From: Bryobacterales bacterium
GTDB lineage: Bacteria > Acidobacteriota > Terriglobia > Bryobacterales > Bryobacteraceae
Length of the DNA stretch: 64,000 nt
Assembly (NCBI GenBank): GCA_963752695.1
Contig: CAVVZB010000001.1
Location: forward strand, 430,989 to 494,988
Direction of reading: 5' to 3'
Under the pieces are notes generated by a model. That model was given only the letters and a program-made list of their open reading frames with translations. It was not told the DNA's origin and made no database searches. Position numbers and translations under genes: made by a program. Each line of letters starts with the position of its first letter. Position 1 is the first letter of the stretch. This document shows positions 1-8,563 of the stretch, in pieces.

Positions 1-1757
1 TTTTGGATAGCAACCGTGTCATCGTGCCAGTTCGCTACTGGGGTCGAACTGGTGATGTTGCAGACCGCTCCGAAGTCCCGCACATCGATGACGTCGGAAG
101 CTTTTGCGTTTGCGTTGCGGGGCGTCGCGCCGGTTGGAAGCATCCCGAGGTTGGCGTGATCGTTATTGAGCTGGAATTGACTGCTGGTCAGTGGCACGTT
201 GGTTGGAATTTCTGCCACCTGGAGCTTAGCGTTGCCGTCGAGCGCGGCGTATCCATTGGCAGTGCCCTTATTCAGTTGCGATTCAGGGTTTGACCAAGCG
301 TACCCGGAACCAGTGTTGACGCATGTCAATAGCGCGTTCGGGGTGGTACCGGTGTTCATCCATAATCGCCCGATATGGCTCGCCGTTGTACATCCGGGGC
401 TGGAGGTTTGGCTGGTGAGCTGCACACCGGACGGATTAATCACCAGCCGAGCAGTTGGCGAATAAGCCTGCCCAGCTGTTAGTCCGCTGTCTGCCAGGAA
501 GCTGAATACGCCATTTTGAAATAACAACGAGTTTGCGGCGGGAGCGTTTGCTGTAAAGCTTCCCATATCCGTGGTGACGCCAGCCGATAGCGCCGCCCAC
601 GAGGGGTCGTTCTGATAGCCGTTCCCTATCATGTGAAGACCGCCGGCCGCGAAACCCTGGTTTGTAAGGCCCTGTTTCTGAATGATAAGGCCGTTAACGG
701 ATGTCTCGAAGAGTGCGCCGCCACCGGCGTCCGTTGTTTGAAGCAGGTTTCCAATCGTCAGAGTGGACGTCCCGATGTTTGTGGGAAGGTTCCCGGATGG
801 CAGTCGCCCGGTTGCATCCAGTGGTGCATAGCCGCTCGGCGCGCCCTTGTTGGTGTTGGCTTCGCACGTGGCGCAGGTAACGTCTACCCGGCTCTGCCCG
901 GCATTGGTGGTCGCGGCCAGTGGCCCGGCGAAGTTCAAAGAGTTTTGCGGCGCGACTACTGTTCCGCCGCTTTGAATCCCGATCGTGGAGACTGCCCCCA
1001 TGACATTCCATTTCGTGCTATCGGTACCAGGAATCACGTTTGTGTTGCTGATCACCGCCACATATGTAGATCCGTTGTAAGAAACAGAGTCCAATGCAGA
1101 ATAGGCTGTGGAACCGGACCATGTCCCGCGCGCTTTCAACGCCGGGCCAGTCGCACCTGTGGGTCCCGTGGGGCCTGTCGGTCCCGTAGGCCCGGTAAGT
1201 CCGGCCGGGCCCATCGGTCCGCTCGATCCGTTTGCACCATTAGGGCCCTGCGGTCCAGCCGGGCCTATCGAACCATTTAAACCTGCAGGTCCCGCAGGTC
1301 CAGTGGATCCAGCCGGGCCTTGTGCGCCTGCCGGTCCGGGCGATCCCGCGGCGGCGATTTGCGTCCACTTAGTGCCGTCTGATCCTGGCGTCACTCCAGT
1401 GTTCACGGCGGTTGCCCACCAGGATGATCCTTGGTACGTCACGACATCCAGCGGACTATAAGCTTGCGAAATGTTCCATGGCCCTCGTAAGGTTGGCGAC
1501 TGTCCGCCCGCCCCGCTACCTTGTTTCCAAATCCCAGAGAGGCAGGTAAAAATGTTCCCTGAAGCGAGCGAAAGAACCAAGTTGGTTTTTCCCGGCGACG
1601 GGTTGGTGCAAACTCCCGACGGATCGCTGCTCACCGCGGGCGGAATAAACGCGGCCGCGCTACTAAGATCGAGTTTGCCAAGAATCGTTCGATCGCCGTT
1701 AATCGTGGTCTGTCCCCATGCGGAAGCCGCAATTAGAAACAGCGCTAGTGTCTTCAT
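1..1757 (-). CDS. Secreted collagen-like/tail-fibre-like protein, 3' end outside the window; ends here at the start of a probable right-handed beta-helix (pectate-lyase-3/tailspike-like) domain
   Basis: Translated by hand from ATG 1757 with no stop to position 1. Signal peptide [16 protein letters not shown]; 23 Gly-X-Y triplets (1140-1346); two CBM5/12-like WxxxxxYxxxDxVxYxGSxW/Y repeats flanking the collagen; two NKGxxxGYAxLD repeats; ends [12 protein letters not shown]...DDTVAIQ. Missing from the ORF track because no stop is in the window. Confidence 0.85.
   Translation of the reverse strand, partial: MKTLALFLIAASAWGQTTINGDRTILGKLDLSSAAAFIPPAVSSDPSGVCTNPSPGKTNLVLSLASGNIFTCLSGIWKQGSGAGGQSPTLRGPWNISQAYSPLDVVTYQGSSWWATAVNTGVTPGSDGTKWTQIAAAGSPGPAGAQGPAGSTGPAGPAGLNGSIGPAGPQGPNGANGSSGPMGPAGLTGPTGPTGPTGPTGATGPALKARGTWSGSTAYSALDSVSYNGSTYVAVISNTNVIPGTDSTKWNVMGAVSTIGIQSGGTVVAPQNSLNFAGPLAATTNAGQSRVDVTCATCEANTNKGAPSGYAPLDATGRLPSGNLPTNIGTSTLTIGNLLQTTDAGGGALFETSVNGLIIQKQGLTNQGFAAGGLHMIGNGYQNDPSWAALSAGVTTDMGSFTANAPAANSLLFQNGVFSFLADSGLTAGQAYSPTARLVINPSGVQLTSQTSSPGCTTASHIGRLWMNTGTTPNALLTCVNTGSGYAWSNPESQLNKGTANGYAALDGNAKLQVAEIPTNVPLTSSQFQLNNDHANLGMLPTGATPRNANAKASDVIDVRDFGAVCNITSSTPVANWHDDTVAIQ
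1140..1346 (-). repeat. Collagen triple-helix repeat, 23 uninterrupted G-X-Y triplets
   Basis: [69 protein letters not shown]. Confidence 0.95.
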
Positions 1758-1969
1758 TCGGAAGAGTCCTTTAGTGTCGAAATATCGGGGAGAGTAGGGC
1801 GTGAAAGCGTGCGCAGACTTCAGCCTGGCCCTCTTGAGCACTAGTATGCGGATTCAGGCCAAATCCGGGACAGTCAGGCGCGCCTCTTAGCCGGCCTAAC
1901 TTACTGAAATGTGGAGAGTTCTAACAACGTTGAAACACGCGTGACCCGACTACCATGCACATGTCGCAA

Positions 1970-1986
1970 ACCCGCTTTCGGCAGGT
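1970..1986 (-). terminator. Possible weak terminator hairpin right after the GT-C gene stop
   Basis: Minus strand ACCTGC-CGAAA-GCGGGT followed by only a short T run. Confidence 0.3.
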
Positions 1987-3605
1987 TATTTCGGTAAGTT
2001 CGAGGACACAACGATTTCCGGAGGTAAGCTACCTTGAAACAACGAGATATTTCTTTCGAGCATGGGCTCCACTTCCGGCTCCACGGCCAGGATCTTCACC
2101 GCGTCACCAGCCAGAACGAAGTTGTCGGACAGAGACCAAGTGGCAACCGGCACCCAGGCGAGCGGTATGGCAAATGACTCACCGGCCCACCCGGTGGGAT
2201 ACAAGATCGCCACGCGCGCATGCTCGCGCATAGCCCACTCTCGCAGCCATTCCGTGTTGTATCCGTTCCTCAGCTTTGCGCGCGCCGGCTCCATGCTGCC
2301 CAGCCCGTATACATCCAAAGCGCGTGCGTCCGTGAAGAAACAAACGGCGCCGATGTCGTTCAGCACAATCGTCTCTGTCGGGTAGTACTTCCCTACGAAG
2401 CGCGCCATTTGAAACTGCTGCTCATAAATGTTGTGAAACGCCCGCGGACCGAATGCCATGCTTCGATAACTCTTAAACCCGAGGGTAAGGATGGCAAGCA
2501 CGCCGGCGGCATAACCAACCCCGAACGCCCAGGAACGTGGGCCTAGGGAGAGCGGCTGCAATTGTAAGTCCTGGCTGCCGATGGCGCAGGTGAAGATACC
2601 GGTTGCCACCAAATAGGCTTCATAGCGGTAAAACCATCCTGTGCGCGCCAGTTCCAGATGCAAGAAGCCGATCACAAGGAATTGAATTAGAGCCAGAGAG
2701 GGATAGTTCCAGATCGTCCGGTCTTGCCTCCACCGTAGGTAGAGCAACACAAGCGCCGTCAATAGCAGAAACGCAATATGCGGCGCTTTTACCCCGGCGA
2801 GAGCCCAATTCCATAAAAACCGGAACGCCGGCATCGATACCGAACCGTGCGGAACGTTGGCCTTCAGCAAAATCGAATTGGGCAGCGGCAACCATCCCTC
2901 GCGAACGGATAGCCCGCCGTAGATCGCCAATGGAAGGAACGCGGCCGCTCCTAGCAGCACGGTCGCAAGCCATCGTCGTTGGGCCATTAACATCACACCG
3001 GCGGCAAAGACAAGAAATAGACCTTCGTATCGGGTCATCACAAGAACAGGAGCTAGAACGAACAGCCACTTCATGAAGCCATTAGACGCCCGGTTCATGA
3101 GCGCAAGACACGTCAAATGCACGAATGCAAGAGTGAGAATCGCGTGGAGTACGTGTTCCATCCCGCCTTCTACCACGGCCGGAAGCGGCATAAGAAGAAC
3201 GACCGCAGCGAGAGTGACAAAGATCCTGAAATTGCTCAAACCTGCTTCCTGAAGCAGGCGCTGGGTTAGAGCCAGCAAAGCAATACCCGCACCCAAATTC
3301 AGCAACAGGGGAATGACCTCGTGCACCCCGCTGACCCAGTAGACCCCGGCCAGCAATAGCGTGTAAAGCGGCGACGATGTGGAGGACGAGAAGGCGTAGC
3401 GCGTCACGCCCCAGACTCCATGAAGAGCGAAATTCTTGGCAATCGCCATATGGATATAGGTGTCATCCATCGGATACCCGAAATGGCCGTGACAAAGCTG
3501 CATCGCACGCGCAAACACGGCCGCCACAATCGCCAAAAACAGGGCAACCGAACCGGCCAAACTCGTTACAGCATGAACTCCAGGGGCACGCCCAGGGCGA
3601 GTCAT
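1986..3605 (-). CDS. Polytopic GT-C-fold glycosyltransferase (PMT/arabinofuranosyltransferase-like)
   Basis: 539 aa, many TM helices, acidic MDDTYIH motif in the first loop followed by SSTSSPLY, TRYEG motif, soluble C-terminal domain. Confidence 0.7.
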   Translation of the reverse strand: MTRPGRAPGVHAVTSLAGSVALFLAIVAAVFARAMQLCHGHFGYPMDDTYIHMAIAKNFALHGVWGVTRYAFSSSTSSPLYTLLLAGVYWVSGVHEVIPLLLNLGAGIALLALTQRLLQEAGLSNFRIFVTLAAVVLLMPLPAVVEGGMEHVLHAILTLAFVHLTCLALMNRASNGFMKWLFVLAPVLVMTRYEGLFLVFAAGVMLMAQRRWLATVLLGAAAFLPLAIYGGLSVREGWLPLPNSILLKANVPHGSVSMPAFRFLWNWALAGVKAPHIAFLLLTALVLLYLRWRQDRTIWNYPSLALIQFLVIGFLHLELARTGWFYRYEAYLVATGIFTCAIGSQDLQLQPLSLGPRSWAFGVGYAAGVLAILTLGFKSYRSMAFGPRAFHNIYEQQFQMARFVGKYYPTETIVLNDIGAVCFFTDARALDVYGLGSMEPARAKLRNGYNTEWLREWAMREHARVAILYPTGWAGESFAIPLAWVPVATWSLSDNFVLAGDAVKILAVEPEVEPMLERNISLFQGSLPPEIVVSSNLPK

Positions 3606-3718
3606 AATGTGGTCATTTTGGCACCACCCGCTGAGGAAGCCGCCGCACCTGTACCCCCGATTGCGAGCTTTTTGCCCCTATCGTTGTTAAACTGAAACTT
3701 GTAAGCCAGCCTTCTCTC

Positions 3719-5249
3719 ATGCTCACCGGCGCTGTGCAACGCCACAGCTGGGTTCTTAAAATCATTCAACCGATCCTGATCGGCTTTCTCGCGCTCGCGA
3801 CAGCGCTCGTTGTCTCGGTAAGAACCGAACTGTCGTTTCTGCTCGTTGAAGTCCTTCTTCTGGTGATCGTCATGGTGGTCTCCAAGGCAGAAGTCCCGAA
3901 GCCCATTGTCGCCTACATCGTCGCCGACCACCTTTGTCAGTTTTTTTAAGCGGTTTATCTTTCTTTGGGCGCCGCAGCCGCTCACGGTCTATTACGCCGT
4001 CCAACTATTGCCTTCTGTCTTCTTGGCTGCAGCGATGCTGGTCATTGTTCGCGCCCTTACCCAAAGCCGAATTACTCTGAGTTCGAAAATGTTCATGGGC
4101 TATGCGGGAGTGGCAATCCTTGCATCGTTGTTGAATGCGAAGGCAGTACCTCTTCAGGCTGGGGTGGGCGGTGCCTATCAAGATTTGATTCTGGTGTGCG
4201 CCATTTTTGCCGGAATGATGGTTCCGCTCAGTATATTCACCAGCTTGGGCCGCGTGTTTGCTGCATTGATTCTCATTTCCGTGCCCTATGGTGTTTATCA
4301 GTTCGCCACCGGACCGACATTCATGGATCGCACATGGGCAGAGGCTCTCCATGACACTTCAATGGAGGCAGCCAAAGTCTACCTGGCAATGACTGTCACC
4401 GGCAGCGAATTCCGCGCCTACTCGTATTACGCGGATCATACAACCTGGGGCCTCTTCCTCGCCTTGGCCGTAATCGCGGTGATCATCTCAGCCACGCTTG
4501 GCATGTTTCCGCGAAGATGGCTCTGGGTAGTGGTTCCGATGGGTATGCTCGGTCTTGTGATTTGCCAGACCCGCACGGCCTGGCTTGGTTTGTTAGGTAC
4601 CTTTGTCGTTTATCGAATCATCACCACGCGCCTGCTGCGACGTCCCATGCTGCTCATCATTGGAGTGCTCTCTTCGTTCGCAGTGGTGGTGACATTAGGA
4701 GACTACGTCACCCGCAACGTCAACGTGGGAGTTTTCTCTAGCGCCCTTCTGACCCGCTACGCCACGGTTGGGACCATGGCGGCTCGGACGTCCGCCTGGA
4801 AGCTCTTCGCCCGAAATCTTCCCGCGCATTGGCTGCTAGGGACTGGTTTCGGATTCGCCACCGCCGAGCGGAACGTCTCCCTGAGCGACGAGGTTTTCTC
4901 TCATAACATGTACGTGGAAATTCTGGTCACTGCCGGCTTGCCTGGACTCCTTCTATTTCTCGGCTTTTTCTATTACTGGATTAAGGAGGCATTCTGGGTC
5001 GCAAGGGTGGGGAGCAGGAACGTCTCGCGCGTGGCTTTGTGGTCGATTTCCTTAGCTGTCGGGATGCTGCTCACAGGAAGCGTGCAAGGCACTAATTTCA
5101 TGAACATCTACCTGTGTCTAATGCTGGGAATCACCAGTGGAGAATGGAGACGGCTGAAGAGCGTGGGCCGGGTTTACGCGCCGCGCCCCGCCAGTCAGTT
5201 CGGGCCCCTGCTTACCCGACCCGCTGCAATCGCGCTCCAAAAAGGTTAG
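3719..5249 (+). pseudogene. O-antigen ligase/Wzy-like membrane protein split by a +1 frameshift in a T7 run (phase-variable, pseudogene or sequencing error)
   Basis: ORF 3719-3949 (hydrophobic N-terminus) stops at TAA just after T7 (3941-3947). Removing one T joins it in frame to ORF 3906-5249 (...ADHLCQFFKRFIFLW...), about 509 aa. C-terminal part has QTRTAW, GTGFG and SHNMYVEILVTAGLPG (Wzy_C-like). Confidence 0.75.
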
Positions 5250-5320
5250 CGGTTGTGAGGCATTTCGGCTCTCTACTTGCATAGCCACCTGCGGGTGCAT
5301 GTCACCTTCGGAGGGTGTCC

Positions 5321-5491
5321 GTGAGTTTCGCTATTTACCTGATTGGTTACGCTTTGTTCATCATTGGCATCTGCTATGCTGCCGTTCTGCTCCACGTTCC
5401 CAGCCAGTGGGTTGCCGTGGGAGCCATCATTCTGATCGGCTTAGGTATATTCACTGGGGTGAAGTCCACGCGCACCAAGGACTCAAACTAG
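5321..5491 (+). CDS. Small two-TM membrane protein, 56 aa
   Basis: GGAGG SD then GTG; MSFAIYLIGYALFIIGICYAAVLLHVPSQWVAVGAIILIGLGIFTGVKSTRTKDSN*; below the ORF-track cutoff. Confidence 0.7.
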   Translation: MSFAIYLIGYALFIIGICYAAVLLHVPSQWVAVGAIILIGLGIFTGVKSTRTKDSN

Positions 5492-5554
5492 ACACGCTGT
5501 TCGAATCGCCTGTACACTGAGACAGACGCAGGTTTCAAAAACGCCAATTTATTC

Positions 5555-6154
5555 ATGATTCCAGGAAGAAATTTCCCGCCCCGCCGACAAAACCGTCGTG
5601 AAAATGTAAATGAATCGATTCGTGCCCGCGAAGTCCGGGCGGTATTTCCGGATGGTACAGCGGAAGTAATGCCTACTGCCGCAGCGGTAAGGAAGGCCCA
5701 GGACATGGGCCTCGATCTTGTCATCGTCTCCCCGACGGCCGTTCCACCGGTCGCTAAAGCTGTCGATTTTGGGCATTATCAGTACGAGCAAAAAAAGAAA
5801 CAGCACGACGCTAAGAAGAAGCAGCACGTTGTCCAGGTCAAGGAATTGAAGTTCCGGCCCAACACCGACGATCACGATTACGATTTCAAGAAGAATCACG
5901 CGATTCGGTTTCTGCAGGAAGGCAATCGAGTGAAAGCCGTGGTTCAGTTCCGTGGTCGCGAAATTGCCCACACGGACCTAGGCAAGCGTTTATTGACCCG
6001 GTTTTCGGAAGACTTATCGGCTTTCGGAACTGTGGAAGGCATTCCACGTATGGAAGGCCGGAACGCCCATATTTTGATCAGCCCGAGCAAGGCTCTGCAA
6101 AAGGCCGCAGAGACCGCCAAAGCCGACCAACCTAAGAAGGAAGCAACGACGTAA
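5555..6154 (+). CDS. infC: Translation initiation factor IF-3 (possibly a paralog)
   Basis: NESIRAREVR..LDLV..PPVAK, KELKFRP...HDYDFK, VKAVVQFRGRE, PRMEGR motifs. Confidence 0.93.
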   Translation: MIPGRNFPPRRQNRRENVNESIRAREVRAVFPDGTAEVMPTAAAVRKAQDMGLDLVIVSPTAVPPVAKAVDFGHYQYEQKKKQHDAKKKQHVVQVKELKFRPNTDDHDYDFKKNHAIRFLQEGNRVKAVVQFRGREIAHTDLGKRLLTRFSEDLSAFGTVEGIPRMEGRNAHILISPSKALQKAAETAKADQPKKEATT

Positions 6155-6177
6155 GTGACAGGTAGGTTACTACTGAT

Positions 6178-6300
6178 TCACGGGCGGGGGATAGGTACCG
6201 GCGTTAAAAAACGCCTCGGAGTGCCTGGGCCGCCTGGAAAAGTCAGCGCGGCCACGAGCACGAAAAACAGCACAGCAAGGGTAAGCAAATCCTGATTCAT
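6178..6300 (-). CDS. Small 40-aa single-TM protein with Pro/Gly-rich tail, last gene of the ligase operon
   Basis: MNQDLLTLAVLFFVLVAALTFPGGPGTPRRFLTPVPIPRP*; ATG 38 bp after the stop of 6339-7538. Confidence 0.5.
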   Translation of the reverse strand: MNQDLLTLAVLFFVLVAALTFPGGPGTPRRFLTPVPIPRP

Positions 6301-6338
6301 GGTTCGCCTGAAGCTAAATTGTCTTGGACGCTTTCAGG

Positions 6339-7538
6339 TTACCATGTTTCCGGCGGGTAAAACCCCGCCGACGCGCCGACCCAATCCAAATTTCGGTTCT
6401 GGTCGACGCCCATCATCTTTCCGCGGCCTGTACGGATGATCGTGTTCACAGGCTTCAGGCCTCCAGCCGCGCTAAGATACATGACGCGAACTTCGGCTTT
6501 CGCCCACCCCGGCGGAGTATCTATTGTCGCCGCGAAATCAACACGCTCCTGCAAAATATAGTCCCGGCGGCTCGCCTCTGCAATCCGTCCGATGTCTTCC
6601 CGGGTCGGCCCAATTTGAACCCCCAATCCCGCAAATGAGAACAGCGGCTTCAGCACCAACTGCTCCGGCGGTAGTGGCAAGTCCCGCACTTGGTCCAGGA
6701 ACCAAGTTCCAGGCACCGTCTCATGCCGGAACCAGGGTAGTGAAAACTTACTCAGCCGGAAAAACCAGTTCGGATGCCCCGCCCACTCGACATCCAAATC
6801 GTCGCGGAAATCAAAGTTTAGTTGAATGTCCCGCCGGATCAGCTCATCCGCAATCGCCCGATTGTAAATGCGCCGGATCGGCATTCGCTTTCCTTCCATC
6901 AGGTGGAACAGCCGGTTGCCATCTTTACGGACATTTCGGATGTCCACGGTCCGAATGCCGCAAATCCGTTCCGTAATCAGGAAGTCCGCAAGCGTCTTTT
7001 GCTCTTGCGGATCAACTTCAAGCAACACAACTTCATCCGGATCGTGCGCGCCTACAACAACGCTGCGTAATAGTGCTTCGTACCCCGATTCGTCCAGCCC
7101 CCCGAGTAACGTCTCAAGGGTGGAATCCAACTCGTACACCTCGCGATAGGCGTTCGCCAGCATCACCTGAAATCCGTAGAGCGAAGGGAAGCCCTGAATC
7201 TCTACAAGACGCGGCGCCCAATCACCGTTTGCATCCCGGATGATCCCGAAATCAGCTTGCACGAATAACGGCTGCTCGGGACAATTCGGGACATTGAACG
7301 CCGGCGGTATTACCTTTTCGGCCGCTTTCAGATACTCGGCGTTACCTACCAGTTGCGCCACCAATTCTTGTCCGGCCTCGACCATCTTGCGAATCAGATC
7401 GCCGGGGAAAAAGCACGCTGTCTCACTGCACCGGAACTTCACATGCGCGCCACTGCGAATGTCAATCTCTCGAAGAAAACGCGCGTACTTCTCTGGCGTG
7501 AAGCGCGCGTTGAAATCGCGGCGGAGGTCTGCAATCAT
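6339..7538 (-). CDS. Circularly permuted ATP-grasp / glutathionylspermidine-synthase-like amide ligase
   Basis: ADFG...RLVEIQGFPS, LVLKPLFSFAGLGV, YILQERV, EVRVMY motifs; ATG 7538 overlaps upstream TGA (ATGA). Confidence 0.65.
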   Translation of the reverse strand: MIADLRRDFNARFTPEKYARFLREIDIRSGAHVKFRCSETACFFPGDLIRKMVEAGQELVAQLVGNAEYLKAAEKVIPPAFNVPNCPEQPLFVQADFGIIRDANGDWAPRLVEIQGFPSLYGFQVMLANAYREVYELDSTLETLLGGLDESGYEALLRSVVVGAHDPDEVVLLEVDPQEQKTLADFLITERICGIRTVDIRNVRKDGNRLFHLMEGKRMPIRRIYNRAIADELIRRDIQLNFDFRDDLDVEWAGHPNWFFRLSKFSLPWFRHETVPGTWFLDQVRDLPLPPEQLVLKPLFSFAGLGVQIGPTREDIGRIAEASRRDYILQERVDFAATIDTPPGWAKAEVRVMYLSAAGGLKPVNTIIRTGRGKMMGVDQNRNLDWVGASAGFYPPETW

Positions 7539-8563
7539 GCGCCGTCGAACACGAACCGGCCGTGATCCATAATTTGCCGATCGTCCAGCCAAATGCTGAA
7601 TTCCTTGCCCACCACGTCGATGTGCGTCGCCGAATACCAGTCCGCGCCAGTATGAAATCCGTAAGGATTGCCAAACGCGATGTGGACACCCGGGATCTTC
7701 TCGTCTTGCAGAATGTTTCCGATTACACCGGTCAAGCCAACGTTTGTGCCGATGGCAAACTCTCCCACTCGATCGCTATTTTCGTCCGTGTGCGTGTAAT
7801 CCCAGAACTCCTTTTCGAGCTCCCGGTTTGCACTATGGGCTTCCACAAGGCGGTTCTTCTCGATCCGAACTGTCAGAGGCTCCGCTTGTAAATTCCCGTA
7901 CTTGGCGCAGAGGTAATCGCCGACCACTCCGTCAATGACAAAGGTCCCGTTGACTTCTCCTGGCGTCGTAAACGTCTCTCCGCCAGGGAGATTACCCCAC
8001 TTTTGCGGAGAGATGATCCCGCTGGTCTTCACCCAACGATATTCCGGATTCATGTCCGCCACGATATCCGTTCCCGCTGGTGTTGTCGCGCGGATCTTTC
8101 GGGCTGCGCCCGCGTTCTTGCAGATGATTGAACTGATCCGATCCACCTCGAGATAGTCGGCGCGCATTCCTTCCAACATAATCTGCTTGGTGATGTTGAC
8201 CATGTGGGCGTGCCGGATCCCACGCCGATTCACCACATCGGTCATCTGCATGCGCGTCTTCAACTCCCCAAGCTGGGCTTGTACCGCGAAAACGCTCACC
8301 TGGCTCGATTCCATGTCATCCAGAATCACCTGGGGCATGTTATTCAACGGCCGATCGGCATAATCCTCAAGGACAAATGCCTGGTGCCGCGAGCCCAATC
8401 GCTCGAGTTGATTCACAATCGATGCCGCGACTTCCACGGTCGCTCGATCTGTGATCACCGTGGTCTTCTCCGTTTTCTGCACCCTCAGACAAACATTTAC
8501 CGCGTTGTAAGCCCCTGGGGAAAGTTCCGGATCGAAGTGCATGCTACTAAGCGCCCCTTGCAT
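7535..8563 (-). CDS. Aminopeptidase, M29 / leucyl aminopeptidase-like
   Basis: NLPGGETFT, GEFAIGTN, DEKIPGVHIAFG, THID motifs; alternative start ATG 8542. Confidence 0.8.
   Translation of the reverse strand: MQGALSSMHFDPELSPGAYNAVNVCLRVQKTEKTTVITDRATVEVAASIVNQLERLGSRHQAFVLEDYADRPLNNMPQVILDDMESSQVSVFAVQAQLGELKTRMQMTDVVNRRGIRHAHMVNITKQIMLEGMRADYLEVDRISSIICKNAGAARKIRATTPAGTDIVADMNPEYRWVKTSGIISPQKWGNLPGGETFTTPGEVNGTFVIDGVVGDYLCAKYGNLQAEPLTVRIEKNRLVEAHSANRELEKEFWDYTHTDENSDRVGEFAIGTNVGLTGVIGNILQDEKIPGVHIAFGNPYGFHTGADWYSATHIDVVGKEFSIWLDDRQIMDHGRFVFDGA

Noticed and set aside
1108-1461. Plus-strand ORF with GPVGPVGPV collagen-like repeats
   Set aside because: Antisense shadow of the minus-strand collagen codons; the minus frame has the signal peptide and domains.
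1960-1990. GCAAACC...GAAA-type hairpin suggesting a c-di-GMP-I riboswitch
   Set aside because: The motif halves fall on opposite strands and the GACGCAAAGC segment is missing.
3618-3636. TGGCAC suggesting a sigma54 promoter upstream of the ligase gene
   Set aside because: GG-to-GC spacing is 8 rather than 10 nt and there is no TTGC element.
3602-3985. 127-aa minus-strand ORF
   Set aside because: Antisense to the hydrophobic N-terminus of the frameshifted ligase gene; no recognisable motif.
6178-6300. Graspetide (ATP-grasp RiPP) precursor
   Set aside because: No Asp/Glu acceptors in the putative core, no leader motif and no core repeats; kept only as a small protein of unknown role.
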